Source: a virus
Lineage: Duplodnaviria; Caudoviricetes
IMG/VR virus record: IMGVR_UViG_3300042268_000564
DNA length: 64,000 nt
Direction: 5' to 3' (one strand)
Under the pieces are notes generated by a model. It was given only the letters and a program-made list of their open reading frames with translations, was not told the DNA's origin and did no database searches. Below, piece by piece: positions 56,431 through 63,414 of the stretch (positions are counted from its first letter, which is position 1; every line of letters begins with the position of its first letter). The translations under genes were made by a program, and so were the position numbers.

Positions 56431-57345
56431 TTAAGAGGTTTTATAAGCCAAAAAGCCGCTAGTGTAATTGAAGCCTGTTATGTAAATTGCATCGCCATAC
56501 ATATTAACACTCGCTGCCATTCCTCGACCATATGGCAGTGATGCATAGCTAGTATTGCCAGTCGCAACATCTATAAAATATAAAAAGTTGTCGTAACTCA
56601 CAACATATATAGTATTGCCATCAGCAGACAATTTAACATCTGTTGGTTTTTCAGGATAGAATGGCTGTGTAAGATTTGTTCCATCTACATTCATCGAATA
56701 AAAGCCGTCCAAATAGGCAGCCATATAAATTTTGTCATTAACGATTTCTAATCCCAAAATATCCTTGGTCGAATTTAAGTGCTCAATTAATGTCATATTA
56801 GCATCAAGTTTATCTATCCCAAACCCATAGCGGCTCGCAAAATAAATATTATTATTAGAGTCCTCTGCGAAAGCAACGCCATGAAAGTTACTTCCAGTAT
56901 GAGTATAATGGTTCACATAGTTTCCAGATAAATCATGTTTAACGATAGTGAATTCATCATAAGCGTGCAACATATGCTGATTATCTTTCATGAAATAAAT
57001 CTTCGAATCATGCATATAAACTTCTTCTTCGTTCCTTGTATAATTAGGGATGTCGTCAGAATATTTAATAAGATGTCCTGCGGCGTCGAAAATCTTAATA
57101 TTAGCTTGAGACTGTAGAGTTAAATATAAATATTGTTCGTCAGGTGTCACAAAAATGCCGCATGGCAGACTATTTCCACCCAAATCAGGGAAAATACTTG
57201 TAGACTCACCACCCGTGACAGTTGACGCTACACTCCCGTCTGGCAAAACAATAGTCGGGGAAAAATTAACACTAGGGTCGTAGACATAAATATATTCATT
57301 ATCGTCATGAATTAATCGACCATCCACAGTAACTAGGTATGCCAT
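56431..57345 (-). CDS. Beta-propeller (YVTN/NHL-like) protein
   Basis: PCGIFVTPD..YLY, PTDVKLSADG.TIYV. Confidence 0.65.
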   Translation of the reverse strand: MAYLVTVDGRLIHDDNEYIYVYDPSVNFSPTIVLPDGSVASTVTGGESTSIFPDLGGNSLPCGIFVTPDEQYLYLTLQSQANIKIFDAAGHLIKYSDDIPNYTRNEEEVYMHDSKIYFMKDNQHMLHAYDEFTIVKHDLSGNYVNHYTHTGSNFHGVAFAEDSNNNIYFASRYGFGIDKLDANMTLIEHLNSTKDILGLEIVNDKIYMAAYLDGFYSMNVDGTNLTQPFYPEKPTDVKLSADGNTIYVVSYDNFLYFIDVATGNTSYASLPYGRGMAASVNMYGDAIYITGFNYTSGFLAYKTS

Positions 57346-57391
57346 AAGCTTTACTCCTTTTCGTTCTACTTCTAATACTTTAAAGTAAGGA

Positions 57392-57934
57392 TTAAAGCAA
57401 TATTAATGATTTGTGTGGTTTAATTGCGTCATCTGGCCATTTTTTGTAGGAAGCTATCTTTCTCATAGCTCTTTTTCTGGCATCTTCCACAGAGTCCCCC
57501 TCTGCCCAAACAATGTCGTGAATGCCTTCGTCTCGCAAGTCAGCTTCTTCTGATGTTATAAGGTGAGGCTGCGTCCTTTTGCCATCGGCACGGCATTCTA
57601 GGCTTTTTACAACAAATGACACCTCGCCCGTTTCAAGCCAAAACCCCACGTTATATTTTGTAATAGCTCTTAAATCGCTCGTTGTTTCTACAATGTTTCT
57701 TTCAACAATACAAAATTCTTGCTTAAGATATTCACGATAAGGTGGGAGCGTTCCCAACATACACTCATTTTCTGCGCCTCGCCATCTCTCTTGAGATTCC
57801 CGTTTATCCAAATATTCTTGCCTGCCGAGCATGAACATTGCCTTCCTTGCAAGTTTTTTGTCGAAAAAAATTCCTGTAATAATGGCTTCGCCGCCAAGAC
57901 TGCAATCAGAATGCAAAAAGTATGCTTTAATCAA
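57392..57934 (-). CDS. Hypothetical protein
   Basis: GGAG plus a TTG start overlapping the upstream TGA. Confidence 0.55.
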   Translation of the reverse strand: MIKAYFLHSDCSLGGEAIITGIFFDKKLARKAMFMLGRQEYLDKRESQERWRGAENECMLGTLPPYREYLKQEFCIVERNIVETTSDLRAITKYNVGFWLETGEVSFVVKSLECRADGKRTQPHLITSEEADLRDEGIHDIVWAEGDSVEDARKRAMRKIASYKKWPDDAIKPHKSLILL

Positions 57935-58986
57935 GAGTTTTCTCCTTCGTTTTCTGTTATAAAAGTCCCAACCCCGTCTAATGTAAATGATGTGCCCCAC
58001 ACTCGCCATCGCCAAGTGTTTAAATCGTAGTCTTTTAAGCAATCTACTTTCTCTTGAAAAGGAATCAAGAATGGTATCTTGGAATCAATATCGTTACTTG
58101 GACAAGGAAGTAATACAGATGTTTTTGAATCTGACTTAAATATGTTTGCAAACATCGCTGTATAGATGTCTATGTTAGGCTTCTTCTTGTCACCATAACA
58201 AATTATGTTGTTTGGGTTGCTGCAATCATAACGTCTAATGACTCCACTTTTGTCAGCAGCCAAAAAATTAGTTTCATTCAGTTTACAAGCCACCAATCTA
58301 AAATCTGGATATTTGTCCTTCAGTTTTGCAATGGTCTTTATAGCTTTTGGGGGTGGGGTGAACCCCGTCAGTTCTTTCTTTTGCGTGAATTTAATTTGGT
58401 TAAAATACATCTTTAACCAGTTCATTAGCTTTGAAGGAAACTCTCTTTCAATAGAGCGATGGTGTTCTAATGTAAGCTTAAAGGGATATCCATCTTTTGG
58501 ACGACAATCACAATGTCCGTCCCAGAAGTTAAAAACAAAGTTTATATTGGCTTGATTGACATTTTCAACCGTAGATTCTTGAGAGGCAAGAAATTTTTTC
58601 TTTTTTATGAATGACCGTGCCTTTGGATTTTTCCGCCAATCTTTAAATGTAGTGTTATCTGGAATGACATCTGGCTCCTTAGCAAATAATAGATAGGCAT
58701 CAAACTTATCTGCATTGTTTTTGATGTAATCGTGATAGTCAAACAAGGTTTCACAGTATTTAACTTTGTTGCAACACATCATAATATCTCTTGCATCTTT
58801 TTCTCGTTCGGGTTTTACAATATGAACATCGAAATGACGTTGGAGTGTATAAATGAGGTCTTCAAAGATACGAGACCTGTCTGTCAGGTCGGGACACCCT
58901 ATGCTGACAAATACCTTTTCAATAATAGCTTTTGCAGAAAAATGCCCATAAGACACTAATATTGATTTACGAGTCGTTTTTTTCAT
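57931..58986 (-). CDS. Hypothetical protein
   Basis: Promoter 58993-59020; near-leaderless. Confidence 0.7.
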   Translation of the reverse strand: MKKTTRKSILVSYGHFSAKAIIEKVFVSIGCPDLTDRSRIFEDLIYTLQRHFDVHIVKPEREKDARDIMMCCNKVKYCETLFDYHDYIKNNADKFDAYLLFAKEPDVIPDNTTFKDWRKNPKARSFIKKKKFLASQESTVENVNQANINFVFNFWDGHCDCRPKDGYPFKLTLEHHRSIEREFPSKLMNWLKMYFNQIKFTQKKELTGFTPPPKAIKTIAKLKDKYPDFRLVACKLNETNFLAADKSGVIRRYDCSNPNNIICYGDKKKPNIDIYTAMFANIFKSDSKTSVLLPCPSNDIDSKIPFLIPFQEKVDCLKDYDLNTWRWRVWGTSFTLDGVGTFITENEGENS

Positions 58987-59016
58987 GTCTTTATTATAAA
59001 AAGAGCGAGCTGGATG

Positions 59017-59418
59017 TCAACTTTTTATTTTGGGCAGAATGTTATTTTCCAGTGTTCTAATAATAGAATGTAATTCAGTTATTATTTCTCTGTCGGATTT
59101 ATATAGCTCAGGGTTCCTTGCGAACCATACCAATTTGTAAAACAAAATCTCGCAACATTCATGAAAAGCTGTGCGCTCAATCTCGAATAAAGATGTCTCA
59201 GGATGATAAAGCCATTCGTCGTTAATGCAAAGGCGAACCTGTTGTGCACCACAATCTATGTCATGTGGAATAGTTTTGGCACGAAATTGTCCATCTGCCC
59301 AATCCACCACCACGACGATGATTTGCCAGTGATTAAGGTTCAATAAGTCCTTATATCTGTTAACACAATTACGGAAATGAGAAAGATTGGCTGGTATTGG
59401 TTTCATTTGTTCATCCAT
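59017..59418 (-). CDS. Zincin-like hypothetical protein
   Basis: AFHECCE...ELH. Confidence 0.55.
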   Translation of the reverse strand: MDEQMKPIPANLSHFRNCVNRYKDLLNLNHWQIIVVVVDWADGQFRAKTIPHDIDCGAQQVRLCINDEWLYHPETSLFEIERTAFHECCEILFYKLVWFARNPELYKSDREIITELHSIIRTLENNILPKIKS

Positions 59419-59435
59419 GCCTTTATATTACTCTA

Positions 59436-59472
59436 AAAAACAAATAAGCCCGTAGCTTTTGGGCTACAGGCT
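59436..59472 (-). terminator. Probable terminator of the RNA cluster
   Basis: AGCCTGTAGC...GCTACGGGCT then TATTTGTTTTTT. Confidence 0.6.
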
Positions 59473-59509
59473 CACTTGTATATCAATTTGCCTAATAGAG
59501 CTTAATAAA

Positions 59510-59582
59510 ACAGATTGTTGTTTTAACAAAGATTAACAGTCTTTTGCTCATTTGAGCGGTTGTGTTGCTGTAAACAATCTTT
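59510..59582 (-). ncRNA. CAGCAA-module RNA, type A2: encloses a mini D-stem and an anticodon stem-loop (GUU)
   Basis: AAAGATTG-TTTACAGCAAC...GCTC-AAAT-GAGC-A-AAAGA-CTGTTAA-TCTTT...CAATCTG. Confidence 0.75.
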
Positions 59583-59598
59583 ATTTAAAAAGCATCAG

Positions 59599-59735
59599 GG
59601 CAGGAAGTAGGACTCGAACCTACACGTCTTGCGACACCAGTCCCGTTGTTAAGTAGTTTGAGTTGCTGTATGTAACCTTTGTCAGGTTAACCTTTACTTT
59701 TTTACTGGTGCGTCTGCCAATTCCGCCATTCCCGC
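59599..59735 (-). ncRNA. tRNA-like RNA, type B1: Leu-type body with the anticodon loop replaced by a ~62-nt CAGCAA module
   Basis: GCGGGAA/TTCCTGC acceptor, Leu D-arm, ACCAGT/ACTGGT stem, long variable arm, GGTTCGAGTCC; insert TAACCTGACAAAGGTTACATACAGCAAC. Confidence 0.85.
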
Positions 59736-59739
59736 CAAA

Positions 59740-60306
59740 TTATCTTTTGCCACTCCTATCTTTAATCAGGTCAATAAGAGCCTGCACTTTCTCAATTGTC
59801 AAAAAGCCATCGAAATCAAAGTTGTGAACAACGATACAGTTTGTTATATTTTTTTCATCGTTCGGGTCATAGGTAGAAATAGTAACCATTTCATTAAAGT
59901 CACCAATATTTCCAGCCTGTAGTAACCTGCGTCTACCCAAGCGATAAAAAATTTGATGTCCAATGGTGAAATGAGGTATTTCTTCAAAACCAAGTGCTAT
60001 TAGGTCAGCATTTTTAAGTGGTGTCCCTCTGTATTCCGGCTTATCTTTATCTGCAAGCAGATTGATAAAAGCATTTATCTTTTCTTCCGTTAAAGCACCC
60101 TCAAACAGATGGTCGTGAAGAGAAATTATGTCGGTTATTTCTTTTCCATCATTGTCGTCAATCATAAGCGATTCACTGGTTGTTCCAACGCCAGCAACAC
60201 TTAACGCTCGTCCACGACTCAAAGGATAAAAGAAATTGCCACCAATAGAATATTGAGGACGTCTTTTAAATCCAAGTTCCAACAAGTCTTCAGTTGTAAG
60301 TGTCAT
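59740..60306 (-). CDS. Hypothetical protein made of two tandem ~90-aa domains
   Basis: Twice L...DL..LGF...P...IG...FY.L.R.R.L...G.LT.EK..A.I.L. Confidence 0.75.
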   Translation of the reverse strand: MTLTTEDLLELGFKRRPQYSIGGNFFYPLSRGRALSVAGVGTTSESLMIDDNDGKEITDIISLHDHLFEGALTEEKINAFINLLADKDKPEYRGTPLKNADLIALGFEEIPHFTIGHQIFYRLGRRRLLQAGNIGDFNEMVTISTYDPNDEKNITNCIVVHNFDFDGFLTIEKVQALIDLIKDRSGKR

Positions 60307-60361
60307 TTTTTACCATTCCTTAACTAAGCTTGTTGTTATTATAACCAAAAAGAACAAGTTG

Positions 60362-60586
60362 TCAACTTGTTCTTTTTGATTTCGGTACAATTGGAAGCTT
60401 TTCATGCTTAGCAAAATGTCGTTTTAGAAAGGTAAGCATCTTCTCACCATTCTCAGTTAAGACAAAACCTGTTCCATTGCATTTTCCACACTCATAGTTC
60501 TGATTGCATGAACATTCTTCATCAAGCTTTACAATGGTATTAGCGTTGATGTCTTTCTTGCACTTAAGAACTATTTTTTCTTGCAT
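60362..60586 (-). CDS. Small zinc-finger protein
   Basis: CSC...CGKCNGTG; start trimmed to exclude the RNA genes. Confidence 0.6.
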   Translation of the reverse strand: MQEKIVLKCKKDINANTIVKLDEECSCNQNYECGKCNGTGFVLTENGEKMLTFLKRHFAKHEKLPIVPKSKRTS

Positions 60587-60611
60587 GAAAATTCCCTTCT
60601 GGAAAGAACAG

Positions 60612-60730
60612 GGCGGGGGATAGGACTTGAACCTATGACCTAAAGCTTGTATTTTTTTGGGTTGCTGCATGTAACCTTTTGTCAGGTTAACTTTTAATGG
60701 CTCTCGCTCTACCAACTGAGCTACCCCCGC
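60612..60730 (-). ncRNA. tRNA-like RNA, type B2: class I body with the anticodon loop replaced by the CAGCAA module
   Basis: GCGGGGG/CCCCCGC, GCTCAGTTGGTAGAGC, AGAGC/GCTTT, AGGTC, GGTTCAAGTCC; insert TAACCTGACAAAAGGTTACATGCAGCAAC. Confidence 0.85.
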
Positions 60731-60741
60731 AATTTTATAAA

Positions 60742-60802
60742 ACAGGCTGTCAATTTTAACAATTTCAAGTTGTTTGTTGTTGAGTTGCTGAAAACAGCCT
60801 TT
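60742..60802 (-). ncRNA. CAGCAA-module RNA, type A3: encloses a lone anticodon stem-loop (UGA)
   Basis: AAAGGCTG-TTTTCAGCAAC...AACAA-CTTGAAA-TTGTT...CAGCCTG. Confidence 0.75.
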
Positions 60803-60810
60803 ATTCTCGG

Positions 60811-60909
60811 TGGGGCAGATTGGATTTGAACCAATAATTCTTTGTGTTGCAGTATCAAACCTTATCAGGCTTGCTCGCCCTCTACCAATGTGAGCGATAT
60901 ACCTGCCCC
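60811..60909 (-). ncRNA. tRNA-like RNA, type B3: divergent body with a module variant in place of the anticodon arm
   Basis: GGGGCAG/CTGCCCC, ATTGG-TTCAAAT-CCAAT; insert AAGCCTGATAAGGTTTGATACTGCAAC. Confidence 0.75.
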
Positions 60910-60925
60910 ATATTCGGTGCCGGAA

Positions 60926-60957
<32 letters not shown>

Positions 60958-60966
60958 GTGGATTTT

Positions 60967-61686
60967 CCTACCACACTATTTTTCAATAGCCTCGTTAACA
61001 CGAGTTGTAGTCTGGACTATATCTTCACCCACGTCATTATACGTTACGGGTGCTTCGTGCATAGTCTCTGAACCTTCCTCTTTCTTTTCAGTTAAGAGGC
61101 TCGGCTGCTGATTACCTAATTCCCAAAGTTTTATAACATTCACGCCCGTTGTTTCCAACCACGTTGTAGTCTTTGAGACTATCAAGGCTTTCCAGCAATT
61201 CTCGAAGTTTTCATTTGTAGATTTCGCTACAACGACTCTTTGAAGGTCTAAAAAACGATGAAGCTTCCCATGCGCTTTTCTTGATATAACTATCAAATTA
61301 CAGATTTGATTATTCTTAGGATTTTCGTCCAAATGATGAACAATTTCATCCGTATTTAATTGTCTGCCAAGAGTCTTTTCTGCGAGGTCTCGGTGTAATG
61401 TCCTGCCCGGTATGTTCGTAAACTTATAATTATTGGTAGTTTTTACTTGTCCAGCCAATTCCAACTTTAATGTATTACATGCTTTACAAAGCAAAGATGT
61501 TTTCTTTCCTGCCTGAAATTGACTATTACAAGCAACACACTTTTTAACCCATGTGTATCTAGCATAACTGTTTACACGAATTATATTACAAGCCCTACAC
61601 AACCGTCTGCCAATCTCTCTCGGCTTGCCACATACCTTACAGAACAAATCTTTTGTCACAACTTCTCCTTTTAAAAACCTAGAACA
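60967..61686 (-). mobile_element. Group I intron
   Basis: P AATTGCTGGAAA, Q AATCAGCAGCC, R TTCAGAGACTA, S AAGATATAGTCC; terminal G; guide GAGTC at 61238-61234 pairs with exon GACTT. Confidence 0.93.
60976..61659 (-). CDS. Intron-encoded HNH homing endonuclease with zinc fingers
   Basis: AAGGAG plus GTG start; four CxxC; IVHHLDENPKNNQICNL...HGKLH. Confidence 0.88.
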   Translation of the reverse strand: MTKDLFCKVCGKPREIGRRLCRACNIIRVNSYARYTWVKKCVACNSQFQAGKKTSLLCKACNTLKLELAGQVKTTNNYKFTNIPGRTLHRDLAEKTLGRQLNTDEIVHHLDENPKNNQICNLIVISRKAHGKLHRFLDLQRVVVAKSTNENFENCWKALIVSKTTTWLETTGVNVIKLWELGNQQPSLLTEKKEEGSETMHEAPVTYNDVGEDIVQTTTRVNEAIEK

Positions 61687-61727
61687 AAGTCCACTGCGTC
61701 TGCCGATTCCGCCATCCCGGCGTTCAG

Positions 61728-61801
61728 TGCAGGTAGTGGGACTCAAACCCACGGCCCTCTGGTTGGAAGCCAGATGCTCTAATCAACTGAGCTATACCTG
61801 C
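61728..61801 (-). tRNA. tRNA with UCC anticodon (nominally Gly), atypical body
   Basis: TCTGG-CTTCCAA-CCAGA; D-loop lacks GG; T-loop TTTGAGT; A discriminator. Confidence 0.65.
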
Positions 61802-62088
61802 AAATCTTCTTCAAGAAAAATTTCTGCAAACACATCGTAAACAGATTCCCGTGATACCATGTATTTGCACTGATATTTACGCCATTTTTTCCAAGAACGC
61901 TTGTTTTTATACCCACCATTATAGTTCTCGCCACCATGCGCAGGGCATATAGGACAAGAAACTGTTTTTCCACCGTATCTTGAGAGCCAAAGTCGATAGT
62001 GTCTTTTGTAAAAAGTTCTATCAACGGTGTTATGGAGTGTTTCAACAGCGTCAAAATGACATTCTTCGTAATAATCGTAATCGTTCAT
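61792..62088 (-). CDS. Small basic hypothetical protein
   Basis: GGAGG RBS; CPIC; RSWKKWRKYQ. Confidence 0.55.
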   Translation of the reverse strand: MNDYDYYEECHFDAVETLHNTVDRTFYKRHYRLWLSRYGGKTVSCPICPAHGGENYNGGYKNKRSWKKWRKYQCKYMVSRESVYDVFAEIFLEEDLQV

Positions 62089-62159
62089 TGTAGTAACCTC
62101 CTTAAGAGTCACTACAATTTGTTAAATTTTTTCATACTTACCCCTTTTAATAAAGATGT

Positions 62160-62310
62160 AAAGTGGTCTGGACGCTACTCCAGCTCTAGGGTGCCCTTAT
62201 TACTGCCTTACTTCCCCCATCAAATTCGCTCCTTAAAACTGGGAGGTACTTTAATTTGCAACCAGTGTTGAGCTTGACTGCGTGTCTGCGATTTTCCACG
62301 CCGCCACTTT
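62160..62310 (-). ncRNA. Large atypical tRNA-like RNA
   Basis: AAAGTGG/CCACTTT terminal stem, GCGTG...CACGC D-like arm, CTGGA-GTAGCG-TCCAG T-like arm, long insert. Confidence 0.55.
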
Positions 62311-62313
62311 CGG

Positions 62314-62397
62314 TACCAGAAGTCGGGGTCGAACCGACACGGTATTGCTACCGGAGGCTTTTGAGACCTCTGCGTCTGCCAATTTCGCCATTCTGGC
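62314..62397 (-). tRNA. tRNA-Leu(CAA)
   Basis: GAGGT-CTCAAAA-GCCTC; long variable arm. Confidence 0.92.
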
Positions 62398-62496
62398 ATA
62401 ATCTGACCGTCATGATTTTTAGGTCAAGTCACCTACTTATTCCCACTGAGCATTTTAGTGGGCTATCCGAACGATTGCTAATCGTATAGGCTTGCA

Positions 62497-62569
62497 TCAG
62501 GGGTGGCTGGATTTGAACCAACGAGTGCCTGCTCCAAAGGCAGGTGCCTTACCGCTTGGCTACACCCCC
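62497..62569 (-). tRNA. tRNA-Gln(UUG)
   Basis: GCCAAGCGGTAAGGC; CCTGC-CTTTGGA-GCAGG. Confidence 0.92.
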
Positions 62570-62572
62570 ACA

Positions 62573-62758
62573 TTACTTAGAATCAAGCCATCTATGAAGC
62601 CAATGTCCCAATTCATGAAACACCAGCCACCACAAATCTTTTCTCACATAGATTGTGTTAGAAAAAGGATGATAAGCTGCTTTGTCAGAGCTAATTATCC
62701 ATTGTGGTAATTCTTTTACGAACTTGATTTTAAGCCATTTTCTTTTCATAGACACCAA
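62573..62758 (-). CDS. Small HExxH protein
   Basis: FHELGH. Confidence 0.5.
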   Translation of the reverse strand: MVSMKRKWLKIKFVKELPQWIISSDKAAYHPFSNTIYVRKDLWWLVFHELGHWLHRWLDSK

Positions 62759-62768
62759 ATTCTATCGG

Positions 62769-62853
62769 TACGGGAAGAGGGAGTCGAACCCTCAACGCTC
62801 TTACGAGCACTAGAACCTGAATCTAGCGTGGCTGCCAATTTCACCATTCCCGC
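62769..62853 (-). tRNA. tRNA-Leu(CAG)
   Basis: CTAGA-TTCAGGT-TCTAG; long variable arm. Confidence 0.92.
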
Positions 62854-62860
62854 ATATTTT

Positions 62861-63286
62861 TCAAAACAAAGTCCTTTGCCACGGAGCTTTGTCAATGTGC
62901 CCTGCATCCTCAAGCTTCTTTATCAAGAGCTTACATTCTTCAACGCTAAACTTTCCAATGTGAGCCTCTTCCTTGGACTTGCCAAGCAACTGCTGCATCA
63001 TAATGTAAGCTGCCCGTCTCAGGAAATTGGTCTCTTTTGGATTACTACCCTTTTTCCAGAGAGGGTCAAAGGCTGCATGAGCTTTGTTGCGCCAACTCCT
63101 CAGCTCTTTGTTGGCAAGTGTTCCAAGTGGAGTATGTTGAGCACTATTTTTATGAGTCCCAACATAAGCATCGCATGGTTTACACAACCAAATTAAGCCA
63201 TAACTTTTACCACCATAAACCTGAGCAGAATCAACCAATTTTGCCTGATTCCCACAGTAAGGACATATAACTTCCATTGTTATCAC
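62861..63286 (-). CDS. DUF3268 family zinc-finger protein
   Basis: CPYCG...WLCKPCDAYVGTH...PLGTLA...AH.AFDPLW. Confidence 0.85.
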   Translation of the reverse strand: MITMEVICPYCGNQAKLVDSAQVYGGKSYGLIWLCKPCDAYVGTHKNSAQHTPLGTLANKELRSWRNKAHAAFDPLWKKGSNPKETNFLRRAAYIMMQQLLGKSKEEAHIGKFSVEECKLLIKKLEDAGHIDKAPWQRTLF

Positions 63287-63291
63287 CTCGG

Positions 63292-63374
63292 TACCAGCGA
63301 CAGGACTTGAACCTGCACGGGGGTCTCCCGCTAGTTCCTAAGACTAGTGCGGCTGCCATTTTCGCCACGCTGGC
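63292..63374 (-). tRNA. tRNA-Leu(UAG)
   Basis: CTAGT-CTTAGGA-ACTAG; long variable arm. Confidence 0.92.
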
Positions 63375-63385
63375 ATGTTTTCTTT

Positions 63386-63413
63386 ATTATAACAATGGAA
63401 GTTGCAATGTCAA
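63386..63413 (-). promoter_or_regulatory. Promoter heading the tRNA cluster
   Basis: TTGACA-N16-TATAAT. Confidence 0.75.
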
Positions 63414-63414
63414 G

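Noticed and set aside
59642-59703. Type B inserts as group I or bulge-helix-bulge introns
   Set aside because: Too short for group I, no P/Q/R/S elements, and no BHB geometry or excision that restores a 7-nt loop.
60960-61690. Alternative splice CU|GAAAA giving a Phe (GAA) anticodon
   Set aside because: The body is Leu-type, and guide GAGTC places the U.G pair at U34. A weaker local pairing with AGGTTT exists, so junction sequencing would settle it.
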